64,000 nt of DNA, taken from positions 128,001 through 192,000 of the forward strand of contig JBQPWD010000001.1 in assembly GCA_052246995.1 (NCBI GenBank), read 5' to 3'. Positions 41,392 through 52,283 of this stretch are shown in pieces. Source of the DNA: Candidatus Bathyarchaeota archaeon. GTDB taxonomy: Archaea; Thermoproteota; Bathyarchaeia; Hecatellales; Hecatellaceae. The notes beneath the pieces are model-generated. The model ran no database searches. It was given only the letters and a program-made list of their open reading frames with translations, and was not told where the DNA came from. The position numbers and the translations under genes are program-made. The stretch's first letter is position 1. Every line of letters begins with the position of its first letter.

Positions 41392-42231
41392 TTGAAGAGG
41401 ATGATCATTCTTCTTGTTGCTTTAGTAGCGGTTATCAGTGCTGTAGCAGTAATATTCTACTTTTCAACACAACATGAGATAGGGCAGGGCTGGTCTGGCA
41501 CTCCGTCACGGCAAGGTCCCTACGTTTCCAATGTTGTAATAAGCAGGTTTGTTTACACAGATGAGGGTCTCTATATGAGATTAAAGATTTACGGGGAGGC
41601 GGACTTAAGGGAGCCGATGACAATTAACGGTGTTCATGGATTCTGGTTTGGGCGTGTTAGTGTAAGACTTCCAGATGGAAGGCAGGCGCAGCTTCTTGAG
41701 CCGGAGGACCATACAAAGTTTTTCACTCATTTCAATAGAATACCGGGCGAGTTGGCTGTAGATGTCTACCTGCCAACGATTTGGCATGAAAACCCATGTC
41801 TTGAGGGCATATATAATGTCACCGTGTTTCTTAAGGGGCCATACGAAAACATTACGGTGCTTTTTCATAGAGATTTTAACCTTAAAATGGCGCTTAATGC
41901 GACAGTATCTCCAAACACGTGGAAATCTTGGGAGCAAAATATCACTATAAGAATAACTAACACTGGTAATGTTCCTGTAATCCTCCAAGGTGTTGGCATG
42001 GAGATGTCTCAAACTGGAACAGTTATAGGCTGGGTTTATGCATCCACACCTGAAGATAGGATCATGGTTATCATGCCTGGAGAAAGCGTGACGTGGATTG
42101 GAACTCCAACAATGGCTGGTAACTTCAGGGAAGAGCTTGCTGGAAAAACTCTTCCAGTGGACTTTGTGTTTGATATTGCTGGAGCACGGACGCGTTTTGC
42201 AGCAACTTTGAACGTAAGATTTCCACATTAG
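41392..42231 (+). CDS. Membrane-anchored/secreted hypothetical protein with Ig-like beta-sandwich domains
   Basis: KR followed by a hydrophobic N-terminal helix, and an ITIRITNTGNVP motif. The start is uncertain (41392 or 41401). Confidence 0.7.
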   Translation: MKRMIILLVALVAVISAVAVIFYFSTQHEIGQGWSGTPSRQGPYVSNVVISRFVYTDEGLYMRLKIYGEADLREPMTINGVHGFWFGRVSVRLPDGRQAQLLEPEDHTKFFTHFNRIPGELAVDVYLPTIWHENPCLEGIYNVTVFLKGPYENITVLFHRDFNLKMALNATVSPNTWKSWEQNITIRITNTGNVPVILQGVGMEMSQTGTVIGWVYASTPEDRIMVIMPGESVTWIGTPTMAGNFREELAGKTLPVDFVFDIAGARTRFAATLNVRFPH

Positions 42232-42622
42232 AAGGCAAAATGTTTTGTTAGCAACACCAGAATCACTCTGAACACAAAGCTAGCAGAAATACTACAAGAC
42301 TGCGGAAAAAGACATTTGCGAAGTTTTCACATAACTAGGGTCATAAGAGTTGGTAGATATGTAATTTTTACTGTAAAGTTAGCAGAATTTTTCAATCTAA
42401 ACCAAATTTAAACCAGCAAAACAAATGAAATAACTTGGAAGACATAAGACCTGAAATTCCTCATTAAACGTGGAAAAGTGTTGCAATTTCTAAATCGCAA
42501 TTAAAAGTCTTGCTGATGGAGTTGGTTATAAAGCAGTAGAGCAAGTGTTTATTACGGATACGCTTGAAATAAAAGTTATTTAATGGTAGAACAATTTTGG
42601 GTAAAGAGTGTCAATAAGCCAA

Positions 42623-44677
42623 TTAAAGTGTTTGGCTAATTATTTCTGCGACGTCTCTAACTAAAATTTTGTCATCTAAGCCTTCTTCTTTGACGGCTTC
42701 TTCAAGCATAATTAAGCATGATGGACATGCCACTGCAAGAATTTCCGCACCAGTTTCATAAGCCTCTTTAACCCTTATCCTACATGGTGTAGCTTCATTT
42801 TGAATTAGTAATCCGCATCCAAAACCTGTGTAAGAGTTTCCACTTCCCCCACCACAACAAAGGGAGTTTTGCCTGTTTCTTCTCATTTCAACAAGCTTAA
42901 CCATGGGTATAGACTCTAACACATGTCTTGGAGTGTTGTACTCGCTATTCCATCTACCTAGAAAACATGGGTCATGAAATGTTATAGTTTTATCAACTTT
43001 ATTTTTAAGTTCAAACTTCCCTTTGTCAAGTAATTCCATTATTAGCTGAGTGTAATGTTTTACGGTAAACTCTCCACCATAAAACCTGTAATAATTTTTC
43101 ATAACATTGTAGGAATGCGGTGAAAACGTGACAATTTCCCTTACATTCAAAGATTTAAAAATTTGCACATTTGAATTAACAATTTCTTCAAACAAACCTG
43201 TTTCTCCAATTTCAAATGGCTCACTACCTGAACAGTTTTCAATTTCACCTAAAATTCCGAAAGAAACCTTAGCCTTAGACAGTACTTCTGCTAAGGTTTT
43301 AGCTGCTTTTTGCGCTCTTGGATGGTATGACCCCATATCCCCAACATAATAAAGAACTTGAACACTAGGCGTGTATCGTGGCACTTTCCAGTCTGCCCAC
43401 TCACCTCTTTTTGCTCTGGGTAGCCCAAAGGGATTACCATGCTTGTAAATATTTTCCAAAATTTCTTTTATCTTGGTAGGCACAATCCCCTTCTCAATGC
43501 TTTGTATCCTCATTTTCCTAGAAATTTCGGCGCTATCAACCTTAACAGGACATACTTCTTTACAAGCATTACAAAGTAGACAGAACCAAGCTAAGGGTTC
43601 AGCATTCTCCATACCTTCGGTGACTGCTGTCCACCCTACACCCATAGGACCTCCATAAACTTTCCCACCCCAAAAATTTCCATTAACTATCCAAATGGGG
43701 CATGAAACCTGGCATCGCCCACATTTAACACATCGTAGTTGTTCTTTTAACAAGTAATGCTTTGATGCTTTAAGTCTTCCACCATCATAAATTATTACAT
43801 AAACTTCTCGTGCACCATGAGCACCGTAAACTCTTTTGTATTCTATGTCTGCAGTGCTACTGACTCCTGAGATTATGTTTAGATATGTAGGGGGGTAGAG
43901 TCCAGCGTAGCCAGACTGCACCATAACCTGTAATAATGCATCTTTAAAAGTTGGTACAATTTTTTCCACACTAGCGATTATAATATGAACCGGGGGGAAG
44001 GCGAGTATATTATTGACGTTACCCTCATTATGCACTATAAAAATTGCACCCGTGTCTGCGGCTATCGCGTTTGCACCGCTTATTCCCACATCAGCCCTTA
44101 CAAACTTCTCCCTTAGAAAGCTTCTAAAAAGTAAGACAAGTTCTTCATGAGTTGAACTTTTATTTACGGATAAACCTAAACGTTGAGAAAAAAGCTCCGT
44201 AACCTGTTCTTTACTTAGGTGAAGCGCGGGAACTATAGCATGCATCGGCTTACTATTTGATATTTGAATTAAAAATTCACCTAGGTCTGTTTCATAAACT
44301 TCATGCCCAATTTCAGTAAGATGTTCTCTTAGCCTAACCTCCTCTGTAACCATGGACTTAGCTTTTACAATCAACTTCTTTCCTTTACCAATAATTCTGT
44401 CAACAATTTCTAAGACTTCTTCTGTGCTACTTGCAAGATAAGCCTGAGCTCCTGAGGCATTTATATTCTTAATGGCTTGGCTAACGTAATATTCAAGTTT
44501 CTCCAGAAATTCTTCCCGAACGCTTTTAACATGTTCAGCAACTTCAGAAAGCTCAGGATGCTTTTTCAAAATGTTATCTACAGAGCTAAGAACGTTAGCA
44601 ACCGCCCCCCTAAGACCTTTCTGCAACTCCAGATTTTTCTGGGCATTTATCATTTCCATTACAAGTATCTTTAACAT
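42623..44677 (-). CDS. LUD (LutB-like) domain fused to 4Fe-4S and CCG domains, putative lactate-oxidation Fe-S protein
   Basis: Motifs KSMVTEE, ETDLGE, NEGN, TADIE, CVKCGRCQVSCP, CLLCNACKEVCP, HDPCFLGR, CCGGG and ACPSC. Confidence 0.9.
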   Translation of the reverse strand: MLKILVMEMINAQKNLELQKGLRGAVANVLSSVDNILKKHPELSEVAEHVKSVREEFLEKLEYYVSQAIKNINASGAQAYLASSTEEVLEIVDRIIGKGKKLIVKAKSMVTEEVRLREHLTEIGHEVYETDLGEFLIQISNSKPMHAIVPALHLSKEQVTELFSQRLGLSVNKSSTHEELVLLFRSFLREKFVRADVGISGANAIAADTGAIFIVHNEGNVNNILAFPPVHIIIASVEKIVPTFKDALLQVMVQSGYAGLYPPTYLNIISGVSSTADIEYKRVYGAHGAREVYVIIYDGGRLKASKHYLLKEQLRCVKCGRCQVSCPIWIVNGNFWGGKVYGGPMGVGWTAVTEGMENAEPLAWFCLLCNACKEVCPVKVDSAEISRKMRIQSIEKGIVPTKIKEILENIYKHGNPFGLPRAKRGEWADWKVPRYTPSVQVLYYVGDMGSYHPRAQKAAKTLAEVLSKAKVSFGILGEIENCSGSEPFEIGETGLFEEIVNSNVQIFKSLNVREIVTFSPHSYNVMKNYYRFYGGEFTVKHYTQLIMELLDKGKFELKNKVDKTITFHDPCFLGRWNSEYNTPRHVLESIPMVKLVEMRRNRQNSLCCGGGSGNSYTGFGCGLLIQNEATPCRIRVKEAYETGAEILAVACPSCLIMLEEAVKEEGLDDKILVRDVAEIISQTL

Positions 44678-44835
44678 GATTTTTTCATCATAATTGACCT
44701 TAATATTTCCTTTGCTTTAAGTTACTTCCCTAAATTGATCCGGTTATTGAAATGATGAGAATGAAAGCAGTGATGGAGGAAAAGCGTATGAGAAAACTTT
44801 GAGTAAAAACTTTATATATGGTGTGATTTAAGTGA

Positions 44836-45084
44836 ATGTGTAGGTTCTGTGAAAGTGGTGAGCTTAAGGCTAAGTTTTTTGCTTTGCTTAGGGAGGATGT
44901 TGAGTTTCGTTATGCTGTTGCAGGTTTGCTTGGTTTTGAAGAAATACTTCGTAGAATGGATAAACACAAAGCAGAACTAGTAAAACTTAGAGAAGATGTA
45001 CTTCTAGATAAAAATAAACTTGAAAGGTTAAGTTGGACTCCCCACCACCTTGGCAAGCAAGTTATAAGAAAAACTGTTAATTAA
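44836..45084 (+). pseudogene. Truncated N-terminal fragment of an archaeal coiled-coil (DUF3782-like) protein
   Basis: LLREDVEFRYAVAGLLGFEEILRR is the typical N-terminus of this family. The coiled coil breaks off and no nuclease domain follows. Confidence 0.6.
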
Positions 45085-45301
45085 TTACAAACAACTAACA
45101 TTAAACGAATAGTTTAAAAAATGTAAGCCAAAAGCTTGTACGCAAGTTATAGTTAACATGCTTGAGGGTGTTGAAGGTTATCTTTGCAAGTCTAGTATTA
45201 TCCTCTAAGCTCTCCCTACGTTTCTACTTAAATCCTGTTTTCTCCTTTCTGTTTTATCAAAATTTTTAGAAAAAGCTACTTTCTCTACTTACTATGGTTA
45301 G

Positions 45302-45403
45302 CGGGCCCGGCGGGATTTGAACCCGCGACCTTTGGCTCCGGAGGCTTTCATCCAACCCTTTTTTTAGGTTGGTCAATGTCCTATCCAGCTAGACCACGGG
45401 CCC
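45302..45403 (-). tRNA. tRNA-Arg(CCG) with a 28-nt intron at position 29/30 (45346-45373), CCA not encoded
   Basis: Removing ACCAACCTAAAAAAAGGGTTGGATGAAA restores the anticodon arm TTGGC-CT-CCG-GA-GCCAA. The T-loop is GTTCAAATC. Confidence 0.93.
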
Positions 45404-45789
45404 TATCCCTTCCTGTCTTGTTTTTCTTGCTTAATTCTTGGAGAAGTTTGGTTATGGGTATATATACACTTTCAAAGAGAACACTAAATTATATGAGGGT
45501 TGCGGAGATGTTATGGTTTATTTTGACGAGTTAGCGGCTATGAGAGGTGGAAGGCTTTATATCATTTTGAACGCAGTTAAGAGTCTCCTAAGATTCTATA
45601 GAATTATGGTTCAGGAAATTTATCATTCAAGAAGGACGTTAAATATTTGAATAAAATTCTAACAAAGGAGGATATCCTGGATTTTGGCATATGAGTTATT
45701 GGTTTCTCTACTACTTTAACAGTATCTAGAATGGTTCTAGGCTGTTTTCCTAGGTTTTCTTTTAGTATGCTTTTTTAACTTATCTAGCT

Positions 45790-47172
45790 TTAACCTTTTA
45801 GAATCTCCTCTTCTGACGGAGGCTGTTTTATTAAATCATGTTTCATTAACAACTCCATTGATTCTCTAGCATTCTTAATTATTACCGAAGCCCGTTCGTA
45901 CAGTTCTTGTCTACTAAGCTTAATCCTTGCTATACCCTGTTCTATTGAGCTTAATGCGCATGCAACCGCTACTCTCGGAAAAACTTCCCATTCCTCCATC
46001 CTTGGCAAAATGTACTTTTCATGTATTCCTCTTTCTTCAGCAAATCTTGCAAGTTCCTGGGCGGCAGCTATGCATGTGTCATCTGTCACGGTTTTTGCTC
46101 TTACATCTAAGATTCCGCGGAAAATTGCTGGAAACCCTAGGCTGTTATTTACTTGGTTGTGGAAGTCACTTCTTCCCGTGGCTACGATTTTAGCGCCTGC
46201 CTCCTCCGCCTCCCACGGCCATATTTCAGGTATCGGGTTGGCGCAGGCAAACACTATAGAATCATCAGCCATACTCTCCACCCACTCCTTCTTTATTGTT
46301 CCAGGTCCTGGTTTTGAGGCTGCGACAACCGCATCTACACCTTTGAAAGCCTCTGCTATGTCTCCCATCCTATTTTCTGCGTTTGTTTTCTGAGCGAGGT
46401 CATATTTCCACGGGTCTTCTTCCTTTATTATGTCTTTTCGGTTGCGATGTACTATTCCCTTACTGTCAACAATTATTATGTTTTTCGGGTTAATTCCCCA
46501 CCTTATTAGGATGTATGCTGTTCTGATGTTGGCTGCGCCTGCTCCGAATAGAGTTATAAGGCTTTCTTTAGGGTTTTTTCCAACTATTTTGAATGCGTTT
46601 ATCAAACCTGCAAGAACGACTGTTGCTGTTCCCTGCTGGTCGTCATGCCATACTGGAATTTGCAGCCGTTCTCTAGTCTTTTCTAAAATATAGAAGCATT
46701 TCGGTTTTTCTATATCTTCTAGGTTTATTCCGCCGAAGGAAGGTTCAATAACCTCACAAACCCTTGCTATTTCTTCCAGATTTTTAGTTTTTAGACAAAT
46801 CGGGAAAGCATCCACACCACCCAAATACTTAAAAAGCAAGGCCTTTCCTTCCATAACTGGCATAGCTGCCTCAGGACCTATATCTCCTAGGCCCAGCACA
46901 CGTGTCCCGTCTGATACGACAGCAACATGATTCCATCGGCTTGTTAACTCAAAGGATTTATCAGTGTTTGCTTGAATTTCTTTGCATGGTGTTGCAACGC
47001 CAGGGGTATACCATATTGCAAAGTCTTCATAGCTTCTTATAACACATTTCGGCATAATTTGAATCTTTCCCTCGTAAAACTTGTGCATTGGAGTAGCCAG
47101 CTGGGACGGTTTCTTTGCCTTAGCTAAAAGTTCCTCCACCGTTGGCTTTCCTTTCCAGCTTGCTTGAGGCAT
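45790..47172 (-). CDS. NAD(P)-dependent malic enzyme
   Basis: Motifs YTPGVA, VLGLGDIG, MEGKALLF, INLEDI, HDDQQGTA, ANPIPE and ATGRSD. Confidence 0.95.
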   Translation of the reverse strand: MPQASWKGKPTVEELLAKAKKPSQLATPMHKFYEGKIQIMPKCVIRSYEDFAIWYTPGVATPCKEIQANTDKSFELTSRWNHVAVVSDGTRVLGLGDIGPEAAMPVMEGKALLFKYLGGVDAFPICLKTKNLEEIARVCEVIEPSFGGINLEDIEKPKCFYILEKTRERLQIPVWHDDQQGTATVVLAGLINAFKIVGKNPKESLITLFGAGAANIRTAYILIRWGINPKNIIIVDSKGIVHRNRKDIIKEEDPWKYDLAQKTNAENRMGDIAEAFKGVDAVVAASKPGPGTIKKEWVESMADDSIVFACANPIPEIWPWEAEEAGAKIVATGRSDFHNQVNNSLGFPAIFRGILDVRAKTVTDDTCIAAAQELARFAEERGIHEKYILPRMEEWEVFPRVAVACALSSIEQGIARIKLSRQELYERASVIIKNARESMELLMKHDLIKQPPSEEEILKG

Positions 47173-47596
47173 ATTTTTTCACAAAGAATTGTTATATGAT
47201 GCCAGATTTAAGTGTTAGGATTAGTTTTCAATATTCTACGTTTTAATTACGTAGTCAAATGTGGAAGTGAAAAAGTTAAAAAACTGTTTGCAATTAGAAT
47301 ATTTTATTTGTTAGAAGTAAGATGTGTTATCGATTATTATCCTTCTAAGACTTCTTTTGAAACTTTGAAAATAAGCCAAGAAAGTTTATGTCTTTAGATA
47401 GGTAGATGCTACAGAGGATGTCGTTAAGGAACTTGTAAGGGAATTTTTTGTTGATAAAGGTTGATGTGTAGCAACAAACGGCGTAAACATGGTTGGGAAG
47501 AAGTTTTTCTGCATCACATTCAAATCGGTATGTTAATGGTAAATAGATAAATTTTTCTTCATCCTAATTTCTAGTTAAGTAAATTTAGGGGTTTCT

Positions 47597-48388
47597 ATGA
47601 TGATTAATTATGAGCTTGTTAAACGTTTAGCTAAAGATATTGTTTCCTCTAGGAAAAGTGTTGCATTAACAGGTGCGGGAATTTCAACTGAAAGCGGTAT
47701 TCCAGATTTTAGAGGACCTCACGGCATCTGGAAAAAATATGATCCAAAAGATTTTACATATTCAGCCTTTATAAGTGACCCAAAAAAGTTCTGGATTTTG
47801 AGGGTTCAAAGAATGAAGGAGGGTTTTGACGTTTTAAAGGCTAAGCCTAATCCTGCTCATTATGCTTTGGCTAGACTTGAAGAGCTGGGGCTTCTCCATT
47901 GCATTATAACCCAGAATATTGATGGTTTACATCAAAAAGCTGGGAGTAAACGTGTTATAGAGTTTCATGGAGATAGTAGAAGAGCTAAGTGTATTAAATG
48001 TGGAAATTTTTACCCAATGGAAGAGGCCATAGCCAAGGTTGAGAAAGGTGAAATTCCTCCAACATGTTCCTATTGCGGCGGAGTTTTAAAACCGAATACA
48101 ATATTGTTTGAGGAACCAATACCATATGAAGCTTTAATTGAATCTCAAAGAGAAGCTAGAACATGTAATTTAATGATTGTTGCGGGAACATCAGCTGTAG
48201 TTTACCCTGCAGCAGATCTACCAAGGATAGCAAAAATGGCTGGAGCTAGGGTTGTTGAGGTTAATGCTGAACCTACACCATTAACAAGAATAACATCTGA
48301 CTACATTATTGAAGGTAAATGTGGTGAAATTCTGCCAAGGGTGGTGGATGAAGTGGAAAAAATTTTAAAAGAAAAGGGACAACTTTAA
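47597..48388 (+). CDS. cobB: Sir2-family NAD-dependent protein deacylase
   Basis: Motifs GAGISTESGIPDFRG, TQNIDGLH, HG, two CxxC pairs and GTSAVVYPAA. Confidence 0.95.
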   Translation: MMINYELVKRLAKDIVSSRKSVALTGAGISTESGIPDFRGPHGIWKKYDPKDFTYSAFISDPKKFWILRVQRMKEGFDVLKAKPNPAHYALARLEELGLLHCIITQNIDGLHQKAGSKRVIEFHGDSRRAKCIKCGNFYPMEEAIAKVEKGEIPPTCSYCGGVLKPNTILFEEPIPYEALIESQREARTCNLMIVAGTSAVVYPAADLPRIAKMAGARVVEVNAEPTPLTRITSDYIIEGKCGEILPRVVDEVEKILKEKGQL

Positions 48389-48861
48389 CCAAAAAACTTT
48401 TTAAGTCTATTATAGGTTTGATTTAGCGTTTCAGGTATAACCTTTGTATTTGCTATGACTGGCATATAGTTTGTGTCACCACCCCATCTTGGAACAATAT
48501 GGGTATGAATATGGTTTTCCACTCCAGCTCCCGCCACCTTTCCAATGTTTACTCCTATGTTAAATCCTCTGGGCTTAAAGGCTTTTTTCAGGTTTATTAT
48601 GCTTTCCCTCACAATCTTAAAATGTTCATATAATTCTTCATCAGTCAAACTTTCAAGATTTTTTACATGTTTAAATGGTGCAACCATGAGATGTCCATTA
48701 TTGTAGGGATAGTTGTTTAACACAACATAGTTCCATTTTCCTCTAAGGAGGACATAGTTTTTCTCATCTTTTTTTTCCTTTGCTATTTTACAAAAGATGC
48801 ATCCGTGTGGCTTTTTCATTAAAATGTATTTTATTCTCCATGGTGCCCAAAGATGCTTCAA
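48385..48861 (-). CDS. HIT family nucleotide hydrolase
   Basis: Motifs LWAPWR, CIFC, YPYNNGH and HIHTHIVPRW. Confidence 0.95.
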   Translation of the reverse strand: MKHLWAPWRIKYILMKKPHGCIFCKIAKEKKDEKNYVLLRGKWNYVVLNNYPYNNGHLMVAPFKHVKNLESLTDEELYEHFKIVRESIINLKKAFKPRGFNIGVNIGKVAGAGVENHIHTHIVPRWGGDTNYMPVIANTKVIPETLNQTYNRLKKFFG

Positions 48862-48920
48862 GTAACATCCCTTCTAAACAAAAATTAAATATTTCTTATA
48901 TAATTAAACCTTTTACATAG

Positions 48921-49979
<1,059 letters not shown>

Positions 49980-50080
49980 TTGATACATAGCCTTATGGAC
50001 GAATTTATTTTTTATCTACAAAAACTTAGTAGGAAAAATTAATAAGCATATTTTGTTTTAAATTTTGAAACAAAAAATGG

Positions 50081-50503
50081 TTGCGGAAAATGGCTGCATG
50101 GTTTGAACTTGGTATACTCCACTTAACTCTAGGAATGGTTATAACTTTCCTCTTTTCAATTATACTAGCCCTAGTAGTTCAAGCTACACGCTTATTTGTT
50201 GGAGTAGGTGAAAAGATAAATTCGGTCAGAAAGGCGGATAAAATGTTTAAAACATACAAGAATGAGATACTGGTTGGTGTTTTATCTTCAATACTTTACA
50301 ATTCCGAAATCCTACGAGAAGGGAAGGTTGCACCTTTTAAATCAACTTCTGTTAAGGCTAGGCCTTATAATTGTTGGAGCCTAGCTGGAAGGTTTGAGTA
50401 TACTGATTTTATAAGTTATGCTCGTAACTGGACTAACAGTTTAGGCTGGGCTTCACTATCAAAAGCTAAATTCTATAAGAGAAGGTGTAAACCATGCGCG
50501 TAA
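50081..50503 (+). CDS. Membrane-anchored gamma/delta-like subunit of a Na+-transporting decarboxylase
   Basis: Single N-terminal TM and a C-terminal WSLAGR motif. First gene of the decarboxylase operon. Confidence 0.62.
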   Translation: MRKMAAWFELGILHLTLGMVITFLFSIILALVVQATRLFVGVGEKINSVRKADKMFKTYKNEILVGVLSSILYNSEILREGKVAPFKSTSVKARPYNCWSLAGRFEYTDFISYARNWTNSLGWASLSKAKFYKRRCKPCA

Positions 50504-50988
50504 AAAGAAAAGCTAGAATTGTTTTTGAAGGCAAACCCTATGAGGTTGAAATATCCTTAGAGAATGTTCAGCAAAACCCCGTTTTGATGGAAGTTTTTCT
50601 GAACGGGAAAACCTATAAGGTTGTTGTCTCAAGAGGAGAGATTAGCCCGGACACGCATTCCTTGTTAACTCCTGCCAAGACAATGGTAGTTGAAGAGAAG
50701 AAAGTTGAGGCATCAAAACCTCCAACTTTAAAAGTGTCAGAAGAAAAGCCTAGACGTGAAGCTCTCAGAGGGTTTGTTGTTGAAAGTCCGCTACCAGGTA
50801 AGATTGTAAATGTTAAGGTTTCTCCTGGTGAAAGAGTTAATGCTGGCGACCCGCTTCTTGTTATAGATTCAATGAAGATGGAAAACGTTATCCCATCACC
50901 TAAGACGGGGGTTATCCTGGAAGTTAAGGTTTCGGTTGGACAAAGCGTACAAACAGGCACACCCTTAATAGTAATATCTGATGAGTAA
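50494..50988 (+). CDS. Biotin carboxyl carrier protein 1
   Basis: SPLPGKIV motif and biotinylation motif DSMKMEN. Confidence 0.92.
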   Translation: MRVKRKARIVFEGKPYEVEISLENVQQNPVLMEVFLNGKTYKVVVSRGEISPDTHSLLTPAKTMVVEEKKVEASKPPTLKVSEEKPRREALRGFVVESPLPGKIVNVKVSPGERVNAGDPLLVIDSMKMENVIPSPKTGVILEVKVSVGQSVQTGTPLIVISDE

Positions 50989-51026
50989 ATTGCTTCAATT
51001 AAAAAATTGTAGTTCTTGGTGAAAAA

Positions 51027-52169
51027 ATGGGATTTGAAATCGGGTTTTTGCATGAATTTTTTAAATATATAACAACTTACACAGCTTTCAACGTGATAAC
51101 CTTAGGACAAATCATCATGATGGTTTTTGCAATAACTTTGATATATCTTGCAGTAGCAAAGGAATATGAACCCTTTGTTCTTTTACCAATAGGGATTGGC
51201 TGTCTACTTTCAAACGTACCCTTAGGGCATCTCCCAGAAGTCGGAGGATTATTTTACCTAATTCGTAAATATCTGATTGATACGGAAATTCTGCCGGTAA
51301 TTGTGTTTATATGTATCGGTGCAATGACCGACTTTGGGCCTCTTCTTTCAAGGCCTTTACCGAGCTTTATTATGGCTGCTGGTGCACAGCTTGGAATATT
51401 TATAACCTTAATATTATGCTTAGTTGTTGGTTACACCCCAAGAGAAGCTGCAGCTATAGGCATAATTGGAAGTGCTGATGGTCCTACAACAATATTCACG
51501 TGTGCTAAGCTTGCGCCTGAACTGCTTGGGCCTGTTGCCGCATCTTGCTATCTGTATATGGCAATGGTACCAATAATTCAACCTCCAATAGTTTACGCGC
51601 TTACAACAAAAAAGGAAAGAGCAACCTACATGCCTCCAAAAATACGTGAAGTATCTAAGATTGAGAGAATACTTTTCCCCGTTTTCTGTCTTCTGATAGG
51701 ATGTTTACTTGTCCCTCATGCTACCCCCCTGATAGGGGCAATAGCAATAGGAAACCTTCTCAGAGAATCAGGCGTGGTTGATAGACTCGCAAAAGCCGCA
51801 GAAAATGAACTTTTAAACATTGCAACAATACTTTTAGGTTTAGGTGTAGGTGGATCTTTAACCGCGGAGGTTTTTCTAAAGCCGGAAGTGTTGCTTGTTT
51901 TTGTATTTGGTGTTGTAGGATTTGCTGGTGGAACTGTTGGTGGACTTTTACTAGGAAAATTACTCTATATAGCATCTAATGGTAAGGTTAACCCAATAAT
52001 AGGTATTGCTGGAGTTTCAGCTGTCCCCATGACCGCTAGAGTTAGTCAATATCTAGCTTCAAAAGATAACCCATCAAACTTTGTATTAATGCATGCTATG
52101 GGTCCAAATATTGGTGGTGTTATAGCTTCAGCAATTGCTGCCGGATACTTGATTAGCGTTTTTGGATAA
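51027..52169 (+). CDS. Na+-translocating decarboxylase beta subunit (OadB/MmdB/GcdB family)
   Basis: Motifs GAMTDFGPL, IIGSADGPT (catalytic Asp), YMAMVPIIQPP, GVSAVP and HAMGPN. Confidence 0.96.
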   Translation: MGFEIGFLHEFFKYITTYTAFNVITLGQIIMMVFAITLIYLAVAKEYEPFVLLPIGIGCLLSNVPLGHLPEVGGLFYLIRKYLIDTEILPVIVFICIGAMTDFGPLLSRPLPSFIMAAGAQLGIFITLILCLVVGYTPREAAAIGIIGSADGPTTIFTCAKLAPELLGPVAASCYLYMAMVPIIQPPIVYALTTKKERATYMPPKIREVSKIERILFPVFCLLIGCLLVPHATPLIGAIAIGNLLRESGVVDRLAKAAENELLNIATILLGLGVGGSLTAEVFLKPEVLLVFVFGVVGFAGGTVGGLLLGKLLYIASNGKVNPIIGIAGVSAVPMTARVSQYLASKDNPSNFVLMHAMGPNIGGVIASAIAAGYLISVFG

Positions 52170-52283
52170 GCTTTGTTAACCTCCCCTAACAAACTGTCTT
52201 TCTCTTGTAGCATCATTGGTTAACCAGTAAATTTATTACGTTCTTCAAGTTTATCCTTACCATAAACAGTTGGAGGTTAAAAT

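Noticed and set aside
42229-42411. Frame stays open for about 59 codons after the TAG of the Ig-like gene (possible amber read-through, with an intein-like CFVSNTRI)
   Set aside because: No pyl genes are in view, no other intein blocks are present, and the extension does not resemble a domain. It is probably chance.
45438-45650. 70-aa ORF beside tRNA-Arg(CCG), considered as an integrase remnant
   Set aside because: It has no tyrosine-recombinase catalytic motifs and overlaps the probable tRNA promoter (TATATATA near 45460).
47212-47500. Short ORF and a protein-like fragment (EDVVKELVREFFVDKG*) between malic enzyme and the sirtuin
   Set aside because: Too short to assign. It may be a nuclease remnant, but this cannot be supported.
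47597-48861. Sir2 plus HIT (and the distant macro domain) as an NAD-based anti-viral defence system
   Set aside because: The sirtuin is a canonical zinc-binding CobB-type deacylase, the genes are convergent, and no defence partners (HerA, pAgo, TIR) are present.
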